A stretch of DNA of 57,991 nt, taken from the NCBI GenBank assembly GCA_900128395.1, contig LT649255.1:1-57991 (forward strand), given 5' to 3'. Both the position numbers and the translations under genes were made by a program. Below the pieces are notes generated by a model. That model was not told where the DNA came from. It saw only the letters and a list, made by a program, of their open reading frames with translations, and did not search any database. Shown in pieces: positions 23,201 to 34,426 of this stretch (position 1 is its first letter; each line of letters begins with the position of its first letter). The stretch is from Stramenopiles sp. TOSAG23-2. Taxonomy: Eukaryota.

Positions 23201-23506
23201 TACTTCACTTGTACGGTCTTGATGAACTAAATCTGCATAAGAAATGTAAATTTCTAACTCGGTGATAATACGCATCATGCCATTTGAATCTTTATTCACA
23301 CGTTCGAGCAAAAGCGGTGGTAATGTTTGTATTATTGGCAGTTTCGATATTGGGACGTTTCCCACAAAACTTCTACTTTTCAAATCAACATGATCTACTG
23401 ATTTTTTTATTTTGATCACTTGATAGTCCTCTTTATTATTCCAGTTGTTTTTATTCTTCCTTCCAACAATTTGACGTGACAATACAAAATTTAATATATT
23501 TTTCAT
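20231..23506 (-). CDS. TRPC4AP: TRPC4-associated protein (TRUSS) homologue, CRL4/DDB1 substrate receptor
   Basis: Conserved blocks KVQFLRLAHNF, RFWFASTIESFLRG, FDLLGEMIKFN, IDSNVFIR, QENLCCLNT and LLWFWDRYY..D..SLE.SS, with Asn/Ser low-complexity inserts. Confidence 0.85.
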   Translation of the reverse strand: MKNILNFVLSRQIVGRKNKNNWNNKEDYQVIKIKKSVDHVDLKSRSFVGNVPISKLPIIQTLPPLLLERVNKDSNGMMRIITELEIYISYADLVHQDRTSEVLSTLKNLSRILYDATSALHTGNRSPTKTNHVAGYFVQFGGINYLKEILLRLPILFEEKYNNRMSKNDATYNDKNRSKERKLVYKVMNETGSTLRELMFTFNHLGDLNKLGSNHFILHIFEYLLKGDTFDMAVGLLEEIFSIRDEMFCLADVPNFYQRILTFSQRQLCVLCRLFALLIFADMSNVKEKEEEVDEQVVGVYNNNNNNSNNNNNEMNTKSPSQSKTNNVDTIITNNSPTNFINDLNDNMNVGLSISSSSTLPNSNSNSPLPNINDANNNNDINNNNNNNALSSSVMTPTSTTSSSSSPLSSSSQKKKKKKSNKIQLLKDKGMRKRRTLKTIDRNHAFLVGNEEILDRFMLLIYKSVKSLPTARRYKGELGTFNNLIPSRAMLQVLSLTDDKSEEEEWYSDMGQFEKIFYDNEDNVYTDLYNTYLATNVGNMPKKSMMEKLSLHQIFEVLRDAIGTSGMDSQHTNGNSSSNNNDNNDTIFNSKITMRDVIITTFLVEILFVLAILCHGKRKIDLQQYFERRKLGTLLNMLFDVLDWTPEPRQTHGPHGPGCQCNVASAVKVQFLRLAHNFMEREDTQINNRMQLLSKKQLSIRFEITNKIMEGTRNGMFEAFNYACAEFERLSVHQSTITPEEKEKMIFDQDIEGQTQKNGLLSKIIKLMTYQTEESYSAYRFWFASTIESFLRGSEPEDQIIVASHKKFLPNLVKDLLNLVGNDCNGMQTNFDLLGEMIKFNSVILEYLDSLLTPAEFRQLFDVISTHLIDSNVFIRSLMLTLEFEVLGFHNNDLRGNNNNEVYLYADVDADDPKYDTRFHMNKHYTSINTAEGKETPESSLYVGKTKFHHHLQTNRQQIICDICTAIDVTKISQENLCCLNTTIILLIFSNIHGTLVEDVEYLKRKEKNWQNPGSIVISFRRLLWFWDRYYHRRAHDRLSLEMSSRLPFHMFDEVVEILVKDDGSEGSLCMDSGWMREWDYLNPLFRDTTG

Positions 23507-23645
23507 TATTGTTTACACATATAAACTATATATACATAACAGTCTCCAAAAGGAATACAATACACTATATGAAGAAGAAAGAAGAAGAGGGGTGGAAAAA
23601 GTTTTCGATGTATAATAAACCTTTAAACAAAAGGAATGAAAGTGG

Positions 23646-23679
<34 letters not shown>

Positions 23680-24122
23680 GTACAGGGATATAATATATTT
23701 TTATATCTGTTGTTAGTTATGAATTCAATTCTTGACTTTAGACTCCTTTTGTGTGTGTGTTGCTTTTGGTGGTGGTGGCATGATATTTTTTAATATACCT
23801 CGTAATAGTGATGGTGTGTCCATAGTAATACAACTCATATCAATTAGAGCTGTATAATACCTGTAAGAGGACTGTAATGCAGAAAAAAGGCTGGAAGGGA
23901 TTTGTAGATTTAATTTATTAAATACACATTTAATTAATAAATCTTTTAAAATATATATACGAGCCGTATATATTATTTCTCTTACTCATATATTATATAA
24001 ATTTCTTTTACTCCCGGAAATTAACATCTCGTATGTATATATATATACAAAACATGTTTGAAAAAAATCAACAAACAAAAAGTATTTTCTATACGTACAA
24101 CACTCCTTTTACAAAATATATT

Positions 24123-26666
24123 TCACTTCTTCATTGCATTAAGCTTTACATTATTTTTTGCTTCCCATACATCCATTGGCGATATTACTGTTCCAGTAAA
24201 AAATTCCAAACCAACTAATTCATCATTTAAACTTTCATCAAAATTAAAATATTTAATTTTGAATTCCTCAGGTCTTGCTAATTCGTTATAAAAATTTGTA
24301 CATGCTTTGACTAATGTCGCAATTTGTGTAATAACATTTATTATTTGAATATCGCCATTTCCTAAATCAATAAAACTCGTAAATTCTTCTAAATGTGATT
24401 GTAATTTATCAACCATTCCTTCGAATTCATGATGTGTACTTTCAAATAAATTTAAAAAGCTTGCTTCTTTATTGATATAATACTTCATGGTATATACCCA
24501 TTGCAATACTTTTCTACATTCACGGACGCATTCGCATGCTTCAATCAAAGCAGTTGCCTGTTCCATCGCTCTATTATTTCTCAATGAAGTTGATGCCCAT
24601 TCCTTAAAGTTCTCGCTTAAAGCATCCGCATGCTCCGCGCTTTGTTCAGCAAATTTAAAACGTTGAACGTGGAATTCATATCGTTTCGTCAATTCTTTAT
24701 AATCATCTGAGTACTGCTCGGCAAAAGCAGCACGTTTTGCAGCCCCTGATAAAGTACCTCTCTTCTTAGCTTCTTGATACTTTGTACAAGCATAAAATCC
24801 ACCTGTACCTTCTCCATGTTCACTCCATGGACCTAGGCATAGCCAGCAAAATTCTCTACCACAACCACCTTCACTTCTTCTACATGTCATATGCATACAA
24901 CCGCCATCTTTGTTAATATTTCTTTTGCAGAAAGGGCATGGTTTAACATTTTGCGCCATCCATATATCATCTGTTGTACCACCTTTAAATTTCTTCTTTT
25001 CTATATTTAACCAATGATTTCGAGTTTCACAACTTACTGGAACATGTGGTGCCTCTTCACAACCGAAACACCACATGTGTCCACATCCAGGTTTGCATAC
25101 AATGCAACGATTTTCTGCTCTTAAACTTGGATACATAACAGCTTTTCCACAGCCCCTTGGGCAGTATTTTACTTTCTGTGTTTTTTGCACATAGGTTTCC
25201 AAAAATCCTTTTTTAAATAGATTTAAATGTTCTGGCGTTACACTTTCGACTATGTGTTCATTTATATAATTATTACATTTTGGCATTGGGCAAGGTGTAA
25301 ATATAAAACTGTATGAATTATTTTTTAATACTTTTGAGTTCAAATACTGTTTCCAACAAGTGTCACAAAAATAATGTCCACACGATAATGCTAATGTTGT
25401 TGTTGTAGATTGTAAGCGCATTAATTTAGTAGGAGACAAATCCATTTCATCTACTATTTCTTTTTTTTTACTAATATTATTATTATCTATCCCATTTGTT
25501 TTACTACTTTTACTTTGTTTCTTTGTTTTCGATGATGACAAAGAAAATGGCGAAATAAAACCTTTTTTTTTTGCTGTCTTCTTGATCACAGCACCTAATT
25601 TCTGCAATTTGTTCTTAAATTGTTTTATATCGTTATCGTATAATGTATTGCAATCTGGATTTAATGAATGTCCCCAATTTGGATCTATAAATAATGTTTG
25701 TAAGCCATTACAAATATCATTCATTGTGTTCATTGGTGACCAATCCTCGTTTAATATGGATAAACACACTGTACCATCATCAGGGTTAATATTTGGATGG
25801 AACATTCTGTTTTTTTTAAGGCAAATGACTGACTTTGGTGGATGAAATGGATAATTTGTTATAGGTTTTGGTAATGTAATTTGAAATGTACATGAAATTC
25901 CTGTCCACATGCCTTGACATTTGATATCAACATGGATAATCGACATATCCTCAACATTTGGTATCGATACATCTATATATTGACCACCATGTGTTTTTAC
26001 TTTTCGCAATTGTTGATGTATAGCTTTAATACCTGTTTTCATGCCACGTGATTTTTTTATTTTCTTTTTCTTTTTATATGTTTGCTTTATAGTATTATTT
26101 TGTTGTGTTGTTGCCAGTTGCTTTTTCAATAATTCTCGCGGACATGCTTTGCAGCCAAAACATATACTGCAATTTTTTTCGATTTTTTTACCATGTACTA
26201 ATGGACCATGCTTCGGCATACCGGCTTTTAGACATACTTTGTCCCGTGATTGTTGGATTTGAGAATCGTTCTCTCCTTCCCACCATAAATGACTCACTAA
26301 ATCTTCATTCCAGTCGTAACATATTAATATATGTGCAGCTGTTGAGTGAGTAACGCCACATTTGTCCATAATACTTTCTATAGTATTTTTAACAAAATTT
26401 GTAATTTTACTATTGTCAACAATATCGTAGGATTGCAATCTTTGCATAAATATTGTAGGCTTTAAATTATTTATATCATCATCTTTTCTTCCATAATCTT
26501 TACCATCAGTTTGCTCCTCATCATCACTGACATATTTATAAGGAGTATCGCTTTCATCACTATTGTATTCATACGAAGATGCATATGAATCTTCTTCATC
26601 TGAATATCCAAAAGCATCATCCGTATCTGAAGAATTGCTATTCTTTTTTTCTACTAATCTTGACAT
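24123..26666 (-). CDS. Ariadne-family RBR E3 ubiquitin ligase with a UBC (E2) domain inserted in RING1
   Basis: Acidic N-terminus, UBA-like segment (AHILICYDWNEDLV), split RING1 (C166/C169 ... CGHYFCDTCW ... CPMPKC), IBR, RING2 KPCPFC..KDGGCMHMTC..FCWLC and Ariadne domain (RYEFHVQRF, CRKVLQWVY). UBC core FHPNINPDDGTVCLSILNEDWSP. Confidence 0.9.
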   Translation of the reverse strand: MSRLVEKKNSNSSDTDDAFGYSDEEDSYASSYEYNSDESDTPYKYVSDDEEQTDGKDYGRKDDDINNLKPTIFMQRLQSYDIVDNSKITNFVKNTIESIMDKCGVTHSTAAHILICYDWNEDLVSHLWWEGENDSQIQQSRDKVCLKAGMPKHGPLVHGKKIEKNCSICFGCKACPRELLKKQLATTQQNNTIKQTYKKKKKIKKSRGMKTGIKAIHQQLRKVKTHGGQYIDVSIPNVEDMSIIHVDIKCQGMWTGISCTFQITLPKPITNYPFHPPKSVICLKKNRMFHPNINPDDGTVCLSILNEDWSPMNTMNDICNGLQTLFIDPNWGHSLNPDCNTLYDNDIKQFKNKLQKLGAVIKKTAKKKGFISPFSLSSSKTKKQSKSSKTNGIDNNNISKKKEIVDEMDLSPTKLMRLQSTTTTLALSCGHYFCDTCWKQYLNSKVLKNNSYSFIFTPCPMPKCNNYINEHIVESVTPEHLNLFKKGFLETYVQKTQKVKYCPRGCGKAVMYPSLRAENRCIVCKPGCGHMWCFGCEEAPHVPVSCETRNHWLNIEKKKFKGGTTDDIWMAQNVKPCPFCKRNINKDGGCMHMTCRRSEGGCGREFCWLCLGPWSEHGEGTGGFYACTKYQEAKKRGTLSGAAKRAAFAEQYSDDYKELTKRYEFHVQRFKFAEQSAEHADALSENFKEWASTSLRNNRAMEQATALIEACECVRECRKVLQWVYTMKYYINKEASFLNLFESTHHEFEGMVDKLQSHLEEFTSFIDLGNGDIQIINVITQIATLVKACTNFYNELARPEEFKIKYFNFDESLNDELVGLEFFTGTVISPMDVWEAKNNVKLNAMKK

Positions 26667-28585
26667 TGTTATAATATTTTTTATGGTTAAATTAATTATA
26701 ATAATTGGCTACTTCTGTTGTAGTATAACGTACTAAAATAACAGAATCGTATATATATATATATATCTTCCTGGTCCAAATCTATGTATTTACTTTCTAT
26801 TCTATCTCTGGGATCTCTCTCTCTCTCTAATATATAACATGGTTATTTACAGGTAAATACCACTGATTGATGCTGGTAGAATTACAGCTGGCTAAATACC
26901 TGTAATCATCGCGATCTTTTTGCTATTTGCACATTTTTTCTCTTTCTTCTGGCAAAAGCTGTGGCAAGTGTTGTTAGCTAAGGTAAACTACAAAAAATTA
27001 TAGTAAAATTTGATATAAAAACTTCTGTAAGGCCTACTGTCATACTAATTTACCATCGACACAGCACTAGTACAAATTCCTAAAACAGAAAGAGTATCAA
27101 ATCTAGTTCAATAGATAAAAAATCCCTCTAATTAAGTTTTAAGTGAAATATCAAAAAAATACCTCTTAGACTACAAAATTTATACTAAATTTCTATAACA
27201 CCTCAAACACGAATATTTTTGCCAATTTTATTTTCATTTTTAAAAGTTCCGCCAAAGTGGGTACGAAAATTGAGAAATTTCATTAGATATATAAAATTTG
27301 CATTATGTCTCCAAACATCATTTCCAACATTTTCATCCCATATAAACTACCATATCCTTTCTTGATATATATAACTTGTATCTCTAAACTCCAACCAAAA
27401 TAAATATTATATTTACATGAAACGCTAGACCCAAAGTGAATTTTCACTAAAAAATACACATTTTTGGACACTTTTATTAAGGTTTTACAAGGCTATTTCA
27501 TAGTAAGGGTACTTTGACATGCAATTGAAACGTCGTTAGTAAAGTATGTTGCTGACACTCAGTTGTCATCAACTTACTCTTAAGATTGGCTCTATACGTG
27601 TAGAAATGAGAATCGAACCTGCTTTTGTACTAATATTTTGATTGACATGAGATATATTGTTTCGATCATAGCCCATTTTGCAATGTATTTTAACATGCCT
27701 GAAAAAGGCCTAGAAATCCAAATCGATTTTCATTCACAATAATTTTAACGGGAGCTAGAAATCTTCATTTTAAAAACAAAACATAAAAAATTTTGATAAA
27801 ATGTCGTAGTCTCTATATCGTAGGTGATATATTTAACTTTTCTCTGAGAGTTTACATGTATAATTATGTTTTTAAAGAAAAGTCCTGAAAAAAAAAAATG
27901 AATCGTACGTTAGCATGGAGTTAGTATTAGAGCACTTTTCCACGAAATGGTGAAAATCGTAAAAGATTGAAAACTTTCATTGAAGTTATTAAAATTAAAC
28001 TTTGAAACGTTGTATATCTGTTACCTATTGCGTATACAATGTCTGTAGGTCGTGGTCTGGGGAGTTTAGAAGTAGAACCATGTTTACTAAAGATATCGTG
28101 CATTTTGATCATTTACGTTAGGGTTAGAGATGCTAGCACTACTCAGCATTGCGGGGTCATACCCGTACATGACTGGACCTCTCACTCTACTTTTCAATAC
28201 CAACATACACTCACACGAATGCCATTTACACACTTTCCCATTATATACAAAGCTGAAACCAATACCTAAAAGTCGTATACTGATCACCTAAACAATCCCC
28301 GACCGTTATCCTTTCCATACATCACATATGAGTCGAGCTTGACATCGATATGTGATTTTCAAGATCGGGTTAGTTTAGGGTTAGAGGCCAAAAAATCACC
28401 AAAATATTGAAAAATTCTCAGAAATATCACCAAAATACAATATGTCGATTTTTTCTATCTAAATCTTCTACAAATTAATTCGAAATAAGACACATCTCTT
28501 AACACATGTCTAAAGGAAAGAAGTACATGAATATTTTGATCTAATTATGTTTTAAATGAAACTGACAAGGTAACGAAATTTTTTC

Positions 28586-29158
28586 AAAATGGTGATTTTT
28601 TTTGAAATTAGTATGGACATAGTATGGACTAAAAATGGAAAATTTGAAAATTACAAAAGGTAGTTTTTTGAAAATGGTGATTTTTTTTGAAATTAGTATG
28701 GACATAGTATGGACTAAAAATGGAAAATTTGAAAATTATAAAAGGTAGTTTTTTGCATATACATATACATGACTTTATCAAAATAAGTATCCACGATCAA
28801 TTTTGATATACTTGGTAATGAATATACCAGATATTTCAATATTATTGTATCTACTTCATATTTGAATAACGGTTAAAAGTTAAAAAAAACGCGTAACCCT
28901 ATAGCTGTAACTCTACTTGATAGGTGGTTTTCACTTTAAAACTGGAAAATTTGAAAATTACAAAAGGTATTTTATTGGATATATTCATACATAACTTTAC
29001 CAAAATAAGTATCCACGATCAATTAATATATGCTTGGTAATAAATATACCGAGTTTAATAATATTTCTGTATCTACTTCATATTTGAATAACTGTTAAAA
29101 GTTGAAAAAAACGCGTAACCCTATAGCTGTAACTCTACTTGATAGGTGGTTTTCACTT
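28586..29158. repeat. Diverged tandem repeats (~84 bp and ~220 bp units) in a 3.3-kb gene-free interval
   Basis: AAAATGGTGATTTTTTTTGAAATTAGTATGGACATAGTATGGAC occurs twice (~28587, ~28671). The unit GGAAAATTTGAAAATT...GATAGGTGGTTTTCACTT occurs twice (~28722-28937, ~28944-29158) with many substitutions. Confidence 0.8.
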
Positions 29159-29994
29159 GTAGTGTCGGCTCTGTCTTACACTATTTAGTATAAAAATAGT
29201 TATTGTTTTTTTGATAGGGACAAATATTTTAAAAACGATATTTACAATTTATGTAAAAAAGTGAATTTCCATCTAAAATATGATATTTTGTATGATTTCA
29301 TAATTGATGGTATTTATATGTAATTTATATAAGATGATGAAATTGTTAAAATGACGATGTAATTTTTACATGTATTTTATGTTTTAAAAAATGGATATTT
29401 TTATAATGTAATGATTTTTATGAATTTTATAATTTTTTTTAGTCATTTCTGTAAATTAATAATTTATTTAAGTACAAATTTTAATGTAAAAATTTGATGC
29501 CAGAAATTCTGCTAGCCCTAATTTCTGAAAACGTGAAATGTCAAAATTATTTTGCCAATTGATAGGAAAAATGGTATACTAGTGGAGCCTAAGTTTAAAA
29601 AGGTATTTTCAATGTTTTTCCTTTGTTTTCATGTAATGAAATGAAAAATCCATCATCATAACAATGAAATATTAAAATTTAGTTCAAAAATGTTGAAAAT
29701 GATGAAATTTGATGAAAAATATGCGTGATGTAATGGTATTCCATGGTATTCCAGGGTATTGGCCGTATTCCCCTTTGAGGCTATAATAATAATAGTACGA
29801 ACGAGCACGTCGGTCGTAATAAAAAAAAGAAGAAGAAGAAGAAGAGAAATTTATAACACTAAACACACTTTAATAAATATTACTTGAAAATTCAAATAAA
29901 ATAAATAGAAGTAGACGACTGATGTATTATCATAGTCTAGGACAATGATACATACATATTATATAATTTGGTAAATCAAATACAAACGCAAAAT

Positions 29995-31855
29995 ATGGAT
30001 ACAAAGAAAAATATTAAATTGGCGAATGCGTTGGTCAACCCGACCTACATCACACAAGGTATTAATTCATTAAATGCAAGGCATAATTTATTTACAAATT
30101 TATTATCACAACGTAGAATGCCTGAAAATGGTTGGGATGATGCAACGATAGAATATTTATTATCGCAATTAGCAATGATGGATTCAAATAACTTTGCTTC
30201 CAATGTCGGCGTTGGCGAGCGTGAAGCACGTATATTTTCCAGTTTAGTTTCGAAACGAATGTTTAATCTTGGTCATGGGATTGGTCGTAGTGGAGATGTA
30301 ACAGCAGTACAACCAAAAGCAGCAGGTTCATCTTTAATTGTACAAATATCGCAAGCTATGATGTTAAACTTAATAAAAATTTCTGGAATATTAAATACGA
30401 AAAAATGTTTGATTCTACCATGCGCAACTGGTATGTCATTGGCATTGACTATGTTGACATTGAAATCGTCTATTATCAAACTCAACCCAGAACTTGTTGA
30501 GAAAAAAAAATATGTTATATGGAATCGTATAGATCAAAAAGCATGTTTCAAAAGTATTTTTACAGCTGGTTTTATTCCAATAGTAATTGAAAATATATTA
30601 ATAGGCGATGAGTTAACAACGAATCTTCCAAAAATAATTGAAACAATTGAGAAATATGGTCATAATGAAATATTATGTATTATATCAACCACATCATGTT
30701 TTGCACCACGTGCATGTGATAATGTAGAAGAAATTAGTAAAATTTGTAAAAAATATGAAATTGGACATATTATTAATAATGTAAGTAGAATAATAATATG
30801 AGGAAGAAGAAGAAGAAGAATGTGTTTGATTTCTTTAGCTTTCTTTCCAAAATATAATCTTTCATCTATTTATATATACATATATACGTGTATACATGAC
30901 ATAAAAATTACTAACGATTGAATATATCTATTTGACTCTCTTCTCTACATATAATATGTTAACAAATTAAAAGGCATATGGTTTACAAATATCAAAATGT
31001 TGCCATGTTATTAATCAAGCATGTAGAGTAGGTCGTGTGGATGCATATGTTCAAAGTACGGATAAGAATTTAATGGTACCAGTTGGTGGTGCTATTGTTG
31101 CTGGACCAAATAAAAAATTCATTGATGCAATTGCACAAAATTACCCAGGACGTGCATCCATGTCCCCAATATTAGACGTGTTTATTACAATGTTATCGAT
31201 GGGTTCAAATACATGGAAAAAATTGTTAAAAACACGTAAGGAATTGTTTAAATATTCACAAGAAGTTTTAGAAAAAGTTGCTGGAAAATATGATGAACGT
31301 ATGTTAATTACAAAAGGCAATAATGTTAGTATTGGAATCTCATTAGGAAATGTTTGTAAAGGGGAAATAACGGACAAGGATATCAACAACAACAATAACA
31401 ACGATGGGAAGAATGTTGTTTTATTAGATCCAACTTATTTAGGATCAATGTTATTTACACGTGGTGTTAGTGGTATGTATATTTCTATCCCCCCCCCCCC
31501 CCCCCCACTTACATATATACATATAATCTTATGATATCATTACATATGAAGTTATAGCTAACCCTTCAAATATATGTGTACACACGGATATGATATATTT
31601 TATTTATATATGCATATTAAATTATATATAGGAACTAGAGTTGTTGATAATAAATCAAGCAAAACAATTGGTAGTAAAACATTTACATGTTGGGGGCAAT
31701 CGACCAATGAATATAATCAACCATATTTAACATTTGCATGTAGTATTGGTATGAAAAAAGAAGATGTCGATGGATTTGCAGATCGTTTAGATAAATGTTT
31801 AAATAAGTTTGTAATGGAAAAGCAGAAATTATTAATTAAAAACGATGAACAATAA
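29995..31855 (+). CDS. SEPSECS: O-phosphoseryl-tRNA(Sec) selenium transferase; exons 29995..30780, 30974..31472, 31632..31855 (502 aa)
   Basis: MDSNNF, GVGEREAR, HGIGRSGDVTAVQPKAAGSS, RIDQKAC, TTSCFAPR. Splicing restores HIINN|AYGLQ and RGVSG|TRVV. PLP lysine in QSTDKN; YPGRAS. Confidence 0.95.
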
Positions 31856-32776
31856 GAAGACATTATCAGATTACTTTGGATACTATATATATATATTTAT
31901 TTATCTTAGATTATGAAAGAGAACATTGTGTGTGTGTTTGATTTTATCATTTTCATATATATATATATATATATATATAATATACATTCATCTCTATATG
32001 TTTGTTGTACCTTGGCATATAAATAGAAATACTTTCTTTTATATGAAAGAAAATAAAACAACAGATGAAAAAATTTTCCAATGCCGGTGTGTTCCCTGTG
32101 TTGTTGTGTGAAAAGTCAGAAGAAATGCATATTATTTTACCAACTTTAATTTCTATTATTATTTTTTTTATTAGAATAAATTTAGTGTTATTTAGTGCTA
32201 AATAGCTGGAATTTACTATTATAGAAATAGCATTAGATAAGAAACCTATTAGGAACATGAATTCCTCCTATGGTTGCATGGTTGCACTGCACTGTGCTAC
32301 TATGCTACTATGACATGGATGATTAGATGGTATTCCACATCTCAATTTTTCTTCCAAATTATCTTTACACCATTTTTCATAACTTCTTCATGTAGTAATT
32401 CCTTTTTCTTTTACAAACTTTTTTAGTTCGTTAAAAGGCATCCTTATAACTTTCATTTAAATTATGTATACACTAAAATATACAAACTCGTAGATTGTTT
32501 TACAAAATATCTTTTTATCCTTTATCCCCCTCGTTTGCTCTTGCACCCACACTTCTTTGATGTTACACTTTTCATTGATGTTAAATTTGTTGTTTTTTTA
32601 TTTTGGTCCATACTTCTGAAGAAAGTTAATATTGATTTTGACTCCAAATCTTTCATCTTCCAATGCAAATGATTTTGATTTGCTCATGTTGCAATTGAAA
32701 TATGTGTGCCCTCCACTTTTCATGCCATAGGGTGGGTCACTGAATACAACATGTGCATTACCATTATCAACAGTAT

Positions 32777-33145
32777 CTAACATATATCAGATTCAATATC
32801 ATCATGAAATTCACTTACACCAGCACCATGCAATTCTATTGCTACAGCGTCAACTGGCAATGCTTTTGCAATAGAGGATACTAATTGATCTTTTAAGTAC
32901 TCATAATCTTTTCCATCAATCGTACTGGATGGAGTTGCATTGCAATAAAATGTTGGTACTAACTCATAATTCAATTCTTTAGCAGCAGCAATAAAACCAC
33001 CAATTGGAATTTTTGCAGTTGTAAATGAGTTAATAATACGTTGTCTGTATACTTGTCCAAATAAATCATGTGTAGTTAATCCAAACACATCCGCTGCATA
33101 TGTGTTTGTTTCATGTTGAAAGGCACCAATTGCTACTTTTACCAT
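32777..33145 (-). pseudogene. Truncated MlrC / peptidase M81 N-terminal fragment
   Basis: VAIGAFQHETNTY, PTFYCNATPSSTI and DAVAIELHGAGV..DDIESDI match the MlrC N-terminus. The ORF stops after 122 aa, whereas family members are about 500 aa, and I see no continuation. Confidence 0.7.
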
Positions 33146-33465
33146 TTTCCTTTTTAATATATCTATGTTTCATCTTTTTGATATATATATAGCTTCCCTG
33201 ATATCAATATTTCTATATTGAAGCCAAGTTAAAGTTTCGCAAAATAAAAAGTAGAGGGATAAAGTAGTTGTACCTGGATGTATAAGAAGTAGTTAGTAAG
33301 ACAGACGACGCGCATCACACACATACATAGAGAGGATCCTCTCTACACATACATACAGGTATAATAATAATAAAAATAAATATCATAATAATAGAAATAT
33401 AGGAGACGACTATAATAACTAAAAGTGGAAGTACGTAAATTTAAATCGAAATATATTACAAAAAG

Positions 33466-33708
33466 ATGAATCAAACAACAACTATCTATGCAACTTCTCC
33501 CCAGTATTCATCCATGGCTGAATTTATGTTGAAACGTATATCTGAGGATGGAAAAGAATGTAAAATATGCAATGTACATAATATATATGATAATTTAGAA
33601 ATATGTCTAAGTGAAAATGATCGTAATTGGTCTAAATGTCAAATTCCTTTACAAAAATTCAAATTATGCTATGATCAATGTATGAAACAACATAATAAAA
33701 TGGAGTAA
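33466..33708 (+). CDS. Small CHCH / twin-Cys mitochondrial intermembrane-space protein (COA4-like)
   Basis: 80 aa containing C..LEICLSENDRNWSKCQIPLQKFKLC, with a CX9C C-terminal helix and the WxxCQ..L..FK.C pattern. Confidence 0.6.
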   Translation: MNQTTTIYATSPQYSSMAEFMLKRISEDGKECKICNVHNIYDNLEICLSENDRNWSKCQIPLQKFKLCYDQCMKQHNKME

Positions 33709-34426
33709 CATTTTTATTAGAACAAGATTTTCAGAAATTAATTGAGTTACAAATTATTAAAGATAAAAAAGGTGTGAATTTATTGAAACGATATTTAGAA
33801 CAAATTGGCCAAACTTCCATTGTAGAGGAAGGTAATGTAAACAATAATAAAGAGTATGATGTAAAGAAACGAGAGTATGACAATAATTTAACAAAGAAAT
33901 TTAGATCAACGATGTTAAAAGATGCTGCAGTAAAAATGCAATATAACCAAAGCATTGAAGCACAATTAGATCAGTGATGATGTATATATTTATATTTTAA
34001 AATATCAAAGAAAAAGTAAGAATTTAAAAAATATCATATTTTCCTAACATGTGATGAAGTTGGTCTTACAAGTAATAATATGCATAGTTTTAATCATGAT
34101 AAAGCAAACGGTTTCAAAAATGGTTTATGGCCTATTAATGAAGGTGCCGTGTTTGATGTTAATGATGGTAATTCATCATCATTATGAGGAGGGAGAACAG
34201 GACGAGGAGAAAAAGGGTGTGCTGGTGTGGGAAGTGTTATCAGAGTTTTTTTTATTTACCGCCACGCTCTTCAATTGAAAAAGAAAAAAAATGTATTTTC
34301 ACAACGGTTTTAATTTTTTACGAACCTCGGTATATATATATGTTAATACGAACGCGCGTGTATATATTTATTTTTACACACACACAAGCCCGGCACACAC
34401 TTTTCCACACACCTCCGCTTCTTCCT

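Noticed and set aside
27065-29584. CACTA-type element (CACTAGTA ... TACTAGTG)
   Set aside because: Only an 8-bp terminal match, and the flanking trinucleotides differ (CAG versus GAG), so there is no TSD.
33720-34280. Short coding-like ORFs downstream of the CHCH gene
   Set aside because: No start/splice structure or homology that I can support; they may be exons or relics.
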